A stretch of DNA of 64,000 bases, taken from assembly GCA_964581825.1 (NCBI GenBank), contig CAZORB010000001.1, forward strand, positions 33,291 through 97,290, in the 5' to 3' direction. Numbering within the stretch: position 1 is the stretch's first letter; every line of letters begins with the position of its first letter. Shown in pieces: positions 1 to 10,554 of the stretch. Made by a program: the position numbers and the translations under genes. Under the pieces are notes generated by a model. The model was not told the origin of the DNA, did not search any database, and saw only the letters and a program-made list of their open reading frames with translations. The stretch comes from an uncultured Bordetella sp. (GTDB lineage Bacteria > Pseudomonadota > Gammaproteobacteria > Burkholderiales > Burkholderiaceae_E).

Positions 1-205
1 CTTCAACCGTGTGATGCGCATCGATGTGCAGGTCGCCCTGGGCTTCGATGAAAAGATCGACCAGACCGTGCCGGGCGATCTGGTCGAGCATATGGTCGAG
101 AAAGGGTACGCCGGTGGCAAGCGACTGCTGGCCGGTGCCGTCGAGATTGAGCCGCACTTTGATGCGGGTTTCGGCGGTATTACGGATAACTTCGGCGGTT
201 CGCAT
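1..205 (-). CDS. hisB: Imidazoleglycerol-phosphate dehydratase, N-terminal part (runs off the window edge)
   Basis: Manual reverse translation from ATG at 205 gives [68 protein letters not shown], a canonical HisB N-terminus. It is open-ended, so it is absent from the ORF track. It lies downstream of hisC as expected. Confidence 0.9.
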   Translation of the reverse strand, partial: MRTAEVIRNTAETRIKVRLNLDGTGQQSLATGVPFLDHMLDQIARHGLVDLFIEAQGDLHIDAHHTVE

Positions 206-261
206 TGGCGTCTCGGAGCAATCAGGCGTTGGTCTTTGGCGTCGAACTGCGCGGGTTGGCG

Positions 262-2706
262 CTACGACCGCAGCGCACTGTTGAGCGCGGCGAGCATCGC
301 ACGGTTCTCATCACGTGACCCCACAGTGACACGCAGACAGTTTGACAGTAGCGGATGCATTTTACCGACGTCTTTCACCAATACGCCCAGGCTTCGCATC
401 TGCTGCTGCACCCGTGCGCTGTCGGCAACGCGCACCAGCAGGAAATTAGCGCGTGTGGCGATTGGCTGCGCACCGGGTATAGCGCCGAGTTCAATCAATA
501 ATCGGTCGCGTTCGGCGCGGATCTCGGCAGCCTGCGCATCAAACACCGAAAGATGCTCCAGCGCGAACTCGGCGGCCACTTCATTCAAGACGCCGATGTT
601 GTAGGGGGGGCGAACCTTGTCGAGCTCGGTCAGCCATTGCGCATGACCCGAGAGATAGCCCAGCCGCAGGCCCGCCAGCCCAAGCTTGGACAGCGTGCGC
701 ATGACCAGAAGCTTCGGATGCGCGGGCAGCCTCGGCATCCAGCTGTCGAGCGCGAAAGGTTGGTAGGCTTCATCGATGACCACCAGGCCAGGTGCCGCTT
801 GCAAGATCGCTTCGATATGCGCGGTGTCAAAACAATTACCGGTGGGATTGTTGGGATAGGCGAGGAATATGACCGCCGGACGATGACGGGCGATCGCAGC
901 AAGCATCGCAGGCAGGTCAAGCGACAGGTCGGCCCGAAGCGGCACCCCCACAAAGCGACTTCCGGCAAGTTTTGCCGATACCTCGTACATGACGAACGAC
1001 GGCACCGGCGCAAGCACCACAGCGCCTGCACGAGCAGTCGCCACGCAGATCATGGTGATCAGCTCATCGGATCCGTTGCCCAGCAGCACCTCATACCCCG
1101 CAGGGATTCCAAGCTGGCTTGCAATCGCACGTTTGAGCCCTGCATACGAGGGAACTGGATAGCGGTTGATCAGCGCCTCGGCCAGCCGCGCACCCAGCTG
1201 CGCCTTGAGCGCAGGCGGCAGGGGATAGGGATTCTCCATGGCATCGAGCTTGATCAGGCCGGCCGACGACGGCACGTGATAACTGGCCATCTCGCGGACA
1301 TCGGCACGCACCAGAGCGCCGACAAGTCGGTTCAGATCGGCTTCCGCTGGGCGCGGCACACTCGCTGGGTCGGCACCTGCGGGGGCTGGCGCTGCGTCGT
1401 GATCCTGCGCCTCAAGCCTCAGCTCGGCGCTGCGTGCATGCGCTTCCAGTCCTTCGCCTCGCGCGAGCACCGATGCGATTCGACCGAGCCGCTCAGCGGC
1501 GGGCCGAGCGATTTCGATCATCGAACTTCGCTTCTGAAAATCGTAGACGCCAAGCGGCGACGAAAATCGTGCGGTTCGCATCGTCGGCAGAACATGGTTG
1601 GGGCCTGCGCAGTAATCGCCCAGCGATTCCGAGGCATAAGGCCCCAGAAAGATCGCGCCTGCATGGCGGATCTGCTCGGCCCAGCGCCGTGGGTTGGCCG
1701 CGATGATTTCCAGATGCTCGGCCGCGATACCGGACGCAATCGAGCAGGCTTCGTCCATATCGCGAACCCGTATCAGCGCGCCGCGGTCCGCCAGCGAACG
1801 CTCGATGACCGCACGGCGCGGCATCGTGGGTAGCAGCCGAACGATCGCCTGCTGCACCTGATCGATGTAGTTGGCGTCTGGGCACAGCAGGATGGCCTGC
1901 GCGAGTTCGTCATGCTCGGCCTGCGAAAACAAGTCCATTGCCACCCAGTCGGGGCTGACAGACCCGTCAGTGAGCACCAGGATTTCACTCGGGCCGGCAA
2001 TCATGTCGATGCCCACCGTGCCGAACACGCGGCGCTTGGCCTCGGCAACGTAGGCATTGCCTGGGCCAACGATTTTGTCGACCGCAGGCACCGTACGCGT
2101 GCCAAACGCGAGCGCTGCTACCGCCTGCGCGCCACCGATCGTGAACACCCGATCGACGCCGGCAATCGCTGCAGCCGCGAGCACCATAGGATTACGTGCG
2201 CCGCCTGGCGTGGGCACGACCATAACGAGCTCGCCGACGCCAGCCACCCGAGCGGGCACTGCGTTCATGAGAACCGACGACGGATAGGCCGCTTTGCCGC
2301 CTGGAACATAGAGCCCGACCCGGTCAAGCGGCGTGATTCGCTGCCCAAGCCGGGTTCCGTCGGGTTCAACATGTTCCCAGGAGTGCGACAGCTGCCGCTC
2401 GTGATAGTCGCGAACGCGGCCGGCCGCCGCCTCAAGCGCGTCGCGCTCGGCCGTGCCTAGCGACTCAAGCGCTGCAGTCAGTTCAGCCCGAGGCAGCTCG
2501 AGCGCAGCGGGATCGTGGATCGCCAGCCGATCAAATCGGTTGGTGTACTCGACGAGCGCCGCATCGCCACGCTGGCGCACATCATTGACGATGGCCTCAA
2601 CAGCCGCCGATACCGACGCGTCGGTTTGCGCTTCGTACGCAAGCAGCGCAGCAAGCGCTGCCGAAAAACCAGGATCTGCGCTGTCGAGGCGATTGATCAC
2701 GCTCAC
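262..2706 (-). CDS. hisD-hisC: Fused histidinol dehydrogenase (aa ~1-432) and histidinol-phosphate aminotransferase (aa ~459-814)
   Basis: Single 814-codon frame with a GTG start that overlaps the hisG stop (GTGA). The N-terminal half is HisD-like ([28 protein letters not shown]). The C-terminal half is HisC-like ([16 protein letters not shown]-lysine context [14 protein letters not shown]). They are joined by an Ala/Pro/Asp-rich linker, [24 protein letters not shown], with no in-frame stop. Confidence 0.85.
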   Translation of the reverse strand: MSVINRLDSADPGFSAALAALLAYEAQTDASVSAAVEAIVNDVRQRGDAALVEYTNRFDRLAIHDPAALELPRAELTAALESLGTAERDALEAAAGRVRDYHERQLSHSWEHVEPDGTRLGQRITPLDRVGLYVPGGKAAYPSSVLMNAVPARVAGVGELVMVVPTPGGARNPMVLAAAAIAGVDRVFTIGGAQAVAALAFGTRTVPAVDKIVGPGNAYVAEAKRRVFGTVGIDMIAGPSEILVLTDGSVSPDWVAMDLFSQAEHDELAQAILLCPDANYIDQVQQAIVRLLPTMPRRAVIERSLADRGALIRVRDMDEACSIASGIAAEHLEIIAANPRRWAEQIRHAGAIFLGPYASESLGDYCAGPNHVLPTMRTARFSSPLGVYDFQKRSSMIEIARPAAERLGRIASVLARGEGLEAHARSAELRLEAQDHDAAPAPAGADPASVPRPAEADLNRLVGALVRADVREMASYHVPSSAGLIKLDAMENPYPLPPALKAQLGARLAEALINRYPVPSYAGLKRAIASQLGIPAGYEVLLGNGSDELITMICVATARAGAVVLAPVPSFVMYEVSAKLAGSRFVGVPLRADLSLDLPAMLAAIARHRPAVIFLAYPNNPTGNCFDTAHIEAILQAAPGLVVIDEAYQPFALDSWMPRLPAHPKLLVMRTLSKLGLAGLRLGYLSGHAQWLTELDKVRPPYNIGVLNEVAAEFALEHLSVFDAQAAEIRAERDRLLIELGAIPGAQPIATRANFLLVRVADSARVQQQMRSLGVLVKDVGKMHPLLSNCLRVTVGSRDENRAMLAALNSALRS

Positions 2707-3395
2707 GGCTGACCTTTCATCTGTGCCGATGGATGGGCGGACTGCTGCGTGGCCTGTTGCGCCGACACAGTCCGCGCCACGGAATCCAGCAGTGCGCCGA
2801 TGCGCCGAGGCTGTGTCTTGAGCGAGGCCTGATTGACGATCAGCCGCGCTGAAATCGACAGAATCTCCTCGACCTCAACCAGGCGGTTGGCTCGCAGGGT
2901 GCCGCCGCTGCTCACCACATCGACAATCGCGTCGGCCAGACCGACCAGCGGTGCGAGCTCCATCGACCCGTACAGCTTGATCAGGTCAACGTGCATGCCC
3001 TTGGCGGCAAAGTGCTGGCGTGCGCACTCGACGTATTTGGTAGCGACCCGCATCCGCGCACCACGTCGGATCGCCTGCGCGTAATCAAAGCCCTGCCGCA
3101 CGGCCACACACAGGCGGCAGCGGGCGATGCCCAGATCGATCGGCTGATACAGGCCTTCGACCCCGCTCTCCAGCAGCACATCTCGGCCCGCGACGCCCAG
3201 GTCGGCTGCGCCGTATCGCACGTAGGTGGGCACATCGCTCGCGCGAACGATGATCAGCCTGACCTCGGGATCCGCAGTGGGGACGATTAATCGGCGAGAG
3301 TCGGCCTGCACCGCATCGACTGTGACGCCAGCGGCCTCAAGCAGGGGCAGGGTCTCATCAAAAATGCGACCCTTGGATAACGCAAGAGTGATCAC
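2703..3395 (-). CDS. hisG: ATP phosphoribosyltransferase (short form)
   Basis: [24 protein letters not shown]-terminus and ~215-aa HisG core, plus a short Q/S-rich tail. Its stop overlaps the hisD start. Confidence 0.92.
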   Translation of the reverse strand: MITLALSKGRIFDETLPLLEAAGVTVDAVQADSRRLIVPTADPEVRLIIVRASDVPTYVRYGAADLGVAGRDVLLESGVEGLYQPIDLGIARCRLCVAVRQGFDYAQAIRRGARMRVATKYVECARQHFAAKGMHVDLIKLYGSMELAPLVGLADAIVDVVSSGGTLRANRLVEVEEILSISARLIVNQASLKTQPRRIGALLDSVARTVSAQQATQQSAHPSAQMKGQP

Positions 3396-3419
3396 TTGAA
3401 GTGTCCTGAATGACGCCTG

Positions 3420-4679
<1,260 letters not shown>

Positions 4680-4703
4680 CTATGCGTACAACCGTGCTGT
4701 GGG

Positions 4704-4961
4704 TTATGCCTTGCCGCCGGTCTGCGACTGGCCTGCGTACTCGTCGGGCGTGAGCGTCCGCATAGACAGCGCGTGAATTTCTTCGCGCATCCGGTCGCCG
4801 AGCGCGCGGTAAACAATCTGATGACGCTGCACCGGGCGCTTGCCCTCAAACAGCGACGAGACAATTAGCGCCTCAAAGTGCTGGCCATCGCCGGTAACCT
4901 CGAGCGCGGAACACTGAAGGCCCTCAGCGATGTAGCGTCGAACATCGTCGGGAGTTGGCAC
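4704..4961 (-). CDS. ibaG: BolA-family protein (IbaG/YrbA type)
   Basis: BolA core GDGQHFEALIVSSLFEGKRPVQRHQIVYRAL. I place the start at GTG 4961, which has a GAGG Shine-Dalgarno 5 nt upstream. The longer ORF (to 5042) overlaps the upstream permease. Position between mla and murA matches E. coli. Confidence 0.8.
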   Translation of the reverse strand: MPTPDDVRRYIAEGLQCSALEVTGDGQHFEALIVSSLFEGKRPVQRHQIVYRALGDRMREEIHALSMRTLTPDEYAGQSQTGGKA

Positions 4962-4968
4962 AGATACC

Positions 4969-5724
4969 TCACAGTCTAAGTTTGTAGCCGCTGGAGAGCA
5001 TCCGCAGGGCGATTGCCATAACCAGCGCGAGAAATACCGCAACCACCAGGAAGCTCACCGCGGGGGCAACATCGGACACGCCGAAGAAGCCATGGCGAAA
5101 GCCGTCGACCATATAAAAAAACGGATTGAGATGCGACAGCATCCGCCAGAATGGGGGCAGCGACTCCGCCGAATAGAACACCCCCGCAAGGAAGGTGAGC
5201 GGCATGATGAGAAAATTTTGAAAGGCCGCGATCTGATCAAACTTGTCGGCCCATACCCCACCGATCACGCCCATTGTACCGAGGATGGCGCTACCCATTA
5301 GCGCAAACGCCAGGATCCAGAGTGGCTGCGCGACAGGGAAATCAGCCAGCCAGAAGGTGCATAAAAACACGCCGAGACCGACGGCAAGGCCCCGGAACAT
5401 CGACGCCAGAACATAGGCGCCATACAGCTCCCAGTGGGTAAACGGCGGCAGCAGCACAAACACGATATTGCCGGTGATCTTGCTTTGAATGAGCGACGAA
5501 GAAGAATTTGCAAACGCATTCTGGAGTATCGACATCATCACCAGGCCGGGCACCAGAAACGACACATAGTCAACCGAGCCAAACACCTTGACACGCTCAC
5601 CGAGCGCCTGCGAAAAGATCAGCAGATAGAGGAGCGCCGTCAGCACGGGCGCAGCGATGGTCTGCACACTCACCTTCACAAACCGGAGCGTTTCCTTGTA
5701 GAGAAGCATCCGAAAACCACTCAT
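4969..5724 (-). CDS. ABC-2 type transporter permease (YadH-like)
   Basis: Multi-span hydrophobic protein beginning MSGFRMLLYKETLRF. ATG 5724 overlaps the stop of the upstream ATPase (ATGA). The 32-codon upstream extension of the ORF is rejected. Confidence 0.85.
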   Translation of the reverse strand: MSGFRMLLYKETLRFVKVSVQTIAAPVLTALLYLLIFSQALGERVKVFGSVDYVSFLVPGLVMMSILQNAFANSSSSLIQSKITGNIVFVLLPPFTHWELYGAYVLASMFRGLAVGLGVFLCTFWLADFPVAQPLWILAFALMGSAILGTMGVIGGVWADKFDQIAAFQNFLIMPLTFLAGVFYSAESLPPFWRMLSHLNPFFYMVDGFRHGFFGVSDVAPAVSFLVVAVFLALVMAIALRMLSSGYKLRL

Positions 5725-6683
5725 CGAACGCTCTCCTGAAGACCGTGCTCCTGCTGCATCACGCGGACGAAGACATCCTCCAGATCGGTGTGCTCGAGTT
5801 CCATTTCCTCGATGCGGCACCCTGCCTCGCGCAGAGCGGCAAGCACGGGCTCGAGCGATTCGTACCGATCAAGCTTGAGGACCACCCGCTCAGACACTGT
5901 ACTGTCGGCTTCTCCGGCAACAGGCACCCTGAGCGACTCAAGCGAGCGAGGCATTGGGGCACCGCTTAACTTAAGCGACAGCCGTCCACCGGAAAAATCC
6001 CGCAACAACTCGGACGTGGCCGCGAGCGCCACAATGCGCCCCGCCTTGAGCATGGCGATTCGGCCGCAGAGCTCCTGCGCCTCTTCAAGGTAGTGGGTGG
6101 TGAGCACGATGGTGTGCCCCGCCCGATTGAGCTGGACAATGAATTCCCAGAGTGTGCGTCGAAGCTCGACGTCGACACCGGCGGTCGGCTCATCGAGCAC
6201 GATGACCGGCGGCCGGTGCACCAGCGCCTGAGCGACCAGCACCCGTCGCTTCATGCCGCCGGACAGCGCGCGCATGTTGGCGTTAGCTTTGTCGGCCAGG
6301 CCGAGCCGATCGAGGACTTCGTCAATCCAGGGATCTGCGCCGCGTACGCCGTAGTAGCCCGCGGTGAGGCGCAGTGTTTCACGCACTGTAAAAAACGGAT
6401 CAAACACCAACTCTTGCGGCACTACGCCCAGCATTCGTCGTGCCTGTCTGAAGTCGGCAACGACATCATGTCCCATGACCTCGCAGCGGCCCTCGGTGGC
6501 TCGGGATAAGCCCGCGATGATCGAGATCAGCGAGGTCTTGCCTGCACCGTTAGGGCCGAGCAGACCGAAAAATTCACCTTGTCCGATCGATAGCGACACG
6601 CCGCGAAGCGCCTCGAAACGGCCATAACGCTTGACGACGTTGCTGAGCTCGATCGCGGGTTTCATCAAAGGGCCGCCCGGCAC
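5721..6683 (-). CDS. ABC transporter ATP-binding protein (YadG-like)
   Basis: Walker A GPNGAGKT, signature LSGGMKRR, Walker B VIVLDEPT. The start is GTG 6683 or ATG 6665. Confidence 0.9.
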   Translation of the reverse strand: MPGGPLMKPAIELSNVVKRYGRFEALRGVSLSIGQGEFFGLLGPNGAGKTSLISIIAGLSRATEGRCEVMGHDVVADFRQARRMLGVVPQELVFDPFFTVRETLRLTAGYYGVRGADPWIDEVLDRLGLADKANANMRALSGGMKRRVLVAQALVHRPPVIVLDEPTAGVDVELRRTLWEFIVQLNRAGHTIVLTTHYLEEAQELCGRIAMLKAGRIVALAATSELLRDFSGGRLSLKLSGAPMPRSLESLRVPVAGEADSTVSERVVLKLDRYESLEPVLAALREAGCRIEEMELEHTDLEDVFVRVMQQEHGLQESVR

Positions 6684-6698
6684 GGGCCAGGCATCAGA

Positions 6699-6974
6699 TC
6701 ACGATTCATCGAAGATCAGGCTCTCGACGCCGTACAGGTTGGCGAGCCGGCGGAGTTTGTCCGGTACGTTCAGGCACTGGACTGAACCGCCCCGTGGCTG
6801 CGCGCGGCGGGCTGCAAGCAAGACCGACAGCGCCGACGAATCAAACTCGGAGAGCGCTGCAAGGTTGATATTGACCGCGCCCGCCGTGATGGCGGCATTG
6901 AGCTGCGCGAGCACAGCCATGGCCTCGGCGTGCGTGAGCCTTTGCGGAAACTCAAAGCTGGAAGATGCGTTCAC
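6699..6974 (-). CDS. mlaB: STAS-domain protein, MlaB-like
   Basis: 91-aa STAS-like sequence (LSEFDSSALSVLLAARR). Last gene of the mla cluster. Confidence 0.75.
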   Translation of the reverse strand: MNASSSFEFPQRLTHAEAMAVLAQLNAAITAGAVNINLAALSEFDSSALSVLLAARRAQPRGGSVQCLNVPDKLRRLANLYGVESLIFDES

Positions 6975-6993
6975 GGGCGCGGGGTGCCTGGTG

Positions 6994-7692
6994 TCAGCTA
7001 CGCGAGGCGGCCTCGAACTGCCGGTTTTTATCGGACAGCGAGCGAATCAGACCATCAATACCATTGGCAGAGACTTCCTGCGCAAACTGCTCTCGGTAGG
7101 TTTGAACGATCCAGATGCCGAGCACATTCACGTCATAGATCTTCCAGGAACCGGCCGATTTTTCCAGCCGGTAATCGATCTGGATCGGATCTCCGCGGCC
7201 GCCAACGATCTCGCTTCGCACGATGACATCGTCGGCTGTTGCATCCCCACGAAACGGGCGCACCTTCACCTGTTTGTCGCCCACCTGAGACAACGCGCCT
7301 GAATAAGTGCGTAGCAGTAGCGTTCGAAATTCGGTAATCAGTGCTTTCTGCTGCTCGGGTTTCGCCTGACGCCAGGCTCGCCCCACCGAGAGAGCGGTCA
7401 TTCGCTCGAAGTTGATATGCGGCATCACCGCTGAATCGACAAACTTCGCGACCTGCTGAAAGTCGCCCGACTGCACTGATTTGTCGGAGCGGATCCGGTT
7501 CAGCACATCGTTGCTCAAGGTCTCAATGAACCGGTCGGGCGCGGTTTGCGCGACAGCGGGCGACGATGCGCCTGACAGTGCTACGCCCAGCAGCGCACCG
7601 CTTAACGCAGGCACGGCCGAGACGGAGAGCAGCGCAGCGCCCGCAAGGCTCGCGACGCGATTGCGCAGACGACCAGTGGAGACAGCGTTCAT
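6994..7692 (-). CDS. mlaC: Phospholipid-binding periplasmic protein MlaC (Ttg2D family)
   Basis: Signal peptide followed by the toluene-tolerance family core (PHINFERMTALSVGRAWRQA, YRLEKSAGSWKIYDV). I prefer ATG 7692, which has a GGAG 8 nt upstream. The alternative is GTG 7701. Confidence 0.88.
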   Translation of the reverse strand: MNAVSTGRLRNRVASLAGAALLSVSAVPALSGALLGVALSGASSPAVAQTAPDRFIETLSNDVLNRIRSDKSVQSGDFQQVAKFVDSAVMPHINFERMTALSVGRAWRQAKPEQQKALITEFRTLLLRTYSGALSQVGDKQVKVRPFRGDATADDVIVRSEIVGGRGDPIQIDYRLEKSAGSWKIYDVNVLGIWIVQTYREQFAQEVSANGIDGLIRSLSDKNRQFEAASRS

Positions 7693-7697
7693 CTCAA

Positions 7698-8420
7698 TCA
7701 CTCCTTGGGTTCAGGCGGATTGCCGTCGTAAACCAGGTTCTGCCGCCGCTGCAGATAGGCATTGCGGATGAAAGAATACCGATCAAGCGCGGCGCCTTCG
7801 ACCACGCGCTCCATGGGCAGCAGCGTGGCGCGTTGCTCGACCAGGCGAGCCGCCGTGAAGATCGCGAATTCCTGGTTGTCGGCGATTCGACGCGACGGAT
7901 CGAGTCCGATGTCAGCGATGCGCCCCACCCCGTCACGTACGCTGGAGGGGCCCAGAATGGGCAGCACCAGATAGGGCCCTGGTCCGAAACCCCACACGCC
8001 CAGGGTCTGGCCCAGATCTTCACTGCTTCGCTCAAGCCCCGCTTCGGCGGCAGGGTCGCCAAGACCGAGCGTGATGAGCGTATTCATGAGAAACCGGCCA
8101 ACGTCTGAGGCAGCCGCCAGGGGTTTGCCCTGCAGCAGATTATTGACAGCGTTCCAGGGCTCGAGCAGGTTGTTCACGAAGTTTCTGAACAGCAGCCGCG
8201 GGGTTTCCGGGACTACGTCCGCGTAGAACTGTGCAACCGGTTTGAGTACCGCGCGGTCGATGGTGTCGTTGAACTGAAACACGGCCCGATTGAATGACTC
8301 GAACGGGTCGGCAGAGGATTCTGACTGCGCCTGCAACGGGGCGGCCAACACAAGCAGCACACTGATGGCAAGCGCCCTGGCCCACCTGCTGACGCTGCGC
8401 GTGATCCGGGTCGCGCTCAT
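7698..8420 (-). CDS. mlaA: MlaA/VacJ family outer-membrane protein
   Basis: VacJ core (DPFESFNRAVFQFND, GFGPGPYLVLPILGPSSVRD). ATGA overlap with the mlaD stop. The protein contains no cysteine at all. Confidence 0.88.
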   Translation of the reverse strand: MSATRITRSVSRWARALAISVLLVLAAPLQAQSESSADPFESFNRAVFQFNDTIDRAVLKPVAQFYADVVPETPRLLFRNFVNNLLEPWNAVNNLLQGKPLAAASDVGRFLMNTLITLGLGDPAAEAGLERSSEDLGQTLGVWGFGPGPYLVLPILGPSSVRDGVGRIADIGLDPSRRIADNQEFAIFTAARLVEQRATLLPMERVVEGAALDRYSFIRNAYLQRRQNLVYDGNPPEPKE

Positions 8421-8887
8421 TTTTTATCCCCTTCTGCGGCGCTGCGATACAAGAACTGCCCGATGATGTTCTCAAGCACCACCGCGGACTGGGTGAGCGT
8501 CAGCGACCCCCCCGGTGCAAGCATCGCGGTATCGCCTCCGGCTTCCAGGCCAATGTACTGCTCACCGAGAAGGCCCGCGGTGAGTATTTTTGCGGAGGTG
8601 TCTTTGGGAAACTGGTAGCGCTTGTCGATCTCGATTCTGACCACTGCCTGGAAGGTCTGGTCGTCCAGACTAACTGTTAGCACACGGCCCACCACCACGC
8701 CGGCGCTGCGCACGGCCGCGCGGGGTTTCAGTCCGCCAATGTTGTCGAACTTGGCGGTGACCTGGTAGGTCTCACCCAGCCCGAGGCTGCTGCTCATATT
8801 GCCCGCCCGGAGCGCGAGAAACACCAGCGCCCCAAACCCGAGCAACACAAACAACCCCACCAGAACATCAACACCTTTGCGATTCAT
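8417..8887 (-). CDS. mlaD: MCE-domain protein MlaD
   Basis: N-terminal TM segment VLVGLFVLLGFGALVFLAL, followed by an MCE domain. Confidence 0.9.
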   Translation of the reverse strand: MNRKGVDVLVGLFVLLGFGALVFLALRAGNMSSSLGLGETYQVTAKFDNIGGLKPRAAVRSAGVVVGRVLTVSLDDQTFQAVVRIEIDKRYQFPKDTSAKILTAGLLGEQYIGLEAGGDTAMLAPGGSLTLTQSAVVLENIIGQFLYRSAAEGDKK

Positions 8888-8918
8888 CGCATCACTCTCC
8901 CGCCCGGTACCGGGCGTA

Positions 8919-9701
8919 CTAGCTAAACATCAGCGCCGTCAGGATGAAATCAAGCGCAAGAATGCCAAGCGAGGCCACCACGACCGTGGTGGTCGTGGCC
9001 CGCGACACCCCTTCGGGCGTTGCCTCGGCCTGGTATCCGACATAAAGGGCTACAAATGACACCGTGAAGCCAAACACAATACTTTTGACCACCCCATTGC
9101 CCACATCGCGCAACCAGTCAACGCCGCCCTGCATCTGCGACCAGAAGGCACCCGCGTCAACACCAATCATCTCAACGCCCACCAGGTAGCCGCCCAGCAC
9201 GCCCAAGGCTGAAAACAGTGCCGCAAGAAGCGGCATACAGATGACAGCGGCCAGATACCGCGGCGCGAGAACGCGCGCCACGGGGTCGACCGCCATCATT
9301 TCCATGGCGTCAATCTGCTCGCCCGCCTTCATGAGACCCACCTCTGCGGTAAGTGAGGTGCCCGCGCGGCCTGCAAACAGCAGCGCCGTGACCACGGGAC
9401 CGAGTTCACGCACCAGCGACAAGGTGACGAGTAATCCCAGCGCTTCCTCCGAGCCATACCTGCGCAACGTGTAGTAGCCCTGCAAACCGAGCACAAAGCC
9501 AATTAGCAGGCCGGACACCAGGATGATGGATAAGGAGTAATTGCCGATGAAATGGATCTGATCGATGATCAGACGGGGTCGTCGCAGCGATGCGATCGAC
9601 AGCAGCGACAGCCGAATGAAGAACTGGGTGGCGCGGCCTGTGGCAGCGATCCGGTCAGTCAGCCAGGCAATTGCCCGAGCGAACGGAGTTGGCGCGTTCA
9701 C
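8919..9701 (-). CDS. mlaE: Mla ABC transporter permease
   Basis: 260-aa MlaE-like permease. GTG start overlaps the mlaF stop (GTGA). Confidence 0.92.
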   Translation of the reverse strand: MNAPTPFARAIAWLTDRIAATGRATQFFIRLSLLSIASLRRPRLIIDQIHFIGNYSLSIILVSGLLIGFVLGLQGYYTLRRYGSEEALGLLVTLSLVRELGPVVTALLFAGRAGTSLTAEVGLMKAGEQIDAMEMMAVDPVARVLAPRYLAAVICMPLLAALFSALGVLGGYLVGVEMIGVDAGAFWSQMQGGVDWLRDVGNGVVKSIVFGFTVSFVALYVGYQAEATPEGVSRATTTTVVVASLGILALDFILTALMFS

Positions 9702-10504
9702 TTGGGTAGCCCCAGATCTTCAGCGAGCGTGCGCCGGGTTGCGTGGTGAAACGCGACCGGTCCATCAATGTCGCCATCGAGAAACTGGCGCACGTTCGGA
9801 TCGTCGGAGTCGCGCATTGCCTGCGGGACGCCGTGCGCGGCGATACGGCCCTGCGCGAGCAGATACACATAGTCGGCGATCGCGAAAGTGTCCTTGATGT
9901 CATGCGACACCAGGATAGAGGCGCAGCCAAGCGTATCGGTCAGTTTGCGGATCAGCTGAGCCACGGTTGACAGTGAGATCGGGTCAAGACCCGCGAACGG
10001 CTCGTCATACATGATGAGCGGCGGATCCAGCGCGATCGCCCGCGCAAGCGCTACCCGCCGCGCCATGCCGCCCGACAGCTGGCTGGTGCGGTAGTGCGCG
10101 ACCCCGCGCAGCCCCACGGCATTGAGTTTGAGGAGCACCAGATCGCGAATCATTTCATCCGACAGATTGGTGTGTTCGCGAAGTGGAAAGGCCACGTTGT
10201 CAAAGACCGACAGATCGGTGAACAGCGCGCCAAACTGATAGAGCATTCCCATGCGACGCCGCACCGCATACAGCCCGTCTCGATCGAGCTCGCGGATTTC
10301 CTGGCCCTGGAAATTGACCTGGCCCTGCTGGGCGCGCAGGAGCCCGCCGATCAGACGAAGAATCGTGGTCTTGCCCGAACCCGATCCGCCGACAAGCGCA
10401 ACAATGCTGCCACGACGAACCGACAGGCTCACGTCGTGCAGGATGGTCCGCTCGCGATAACCGAAGCGGACATTGTCGAGCCGAAGAAGCTCGGTGTCAG
10501 ACAC
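9698..10504 (-). CDS. mlaF: Mla ABC transporter ATP-binding protein
   Basis: Walker A GGSGSGKTT, signature LSGGMARRVALARA, Walker B IMYDEPF. GTG start. Confidence 0.93.
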   Translation of the reverse strand: MSDTELLRLDNVRFGYRERTILHDVSLSVRRGSIVALVGGSGSGKTTILRLIGGLLRAQQGQVNFQGQEIRELDRDGLYAVRRRMGMLYQFGALFTDLSVFDNVAFPLREHTNLSDEMIRDLVLLKLNAVGLRGVAHYRTSQLSGGMARRVALARAIALDPPLIMYDEPFAGLDPISLSTVAQLIRKLTDTLGCASILVSHDIKDTFAIADYVYLLAQGRIAAHGVPQAMRDSDDPNVRQFLDGDIDGPVAFHHATRRTLAEDLGLPK

Positions 10505-10554
10505 GATCGGGGGAGTATTTATTAGGGGAACCGAGTATTGTAGCGCGCTCGGGA

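Noticed and set aside
553-1833. A 426-aa plus-strand ORF antisense to hisD-hisC. Similar long antisense ORFs include 16530-17441 (opposite rpoN), 27656-28609 (opposite rplY/pth), 30966-31616 (opposite ychF), 42675-43547 (opposite phoX), 55418-56209 and 56441-58066 (opposite fdnG), 59746-60660 (opposite fdhE) and 63221-63946 (opposite selB).
   Set aside because: All lie opposite strongly recognisable conserved genes. They are Arg/Ala/Gly/Pro-rich with no recognisable motifs. This is the shadow-ORF pattern expected in ~65% GC DNA, where stop codons are rare in the antisense frame.
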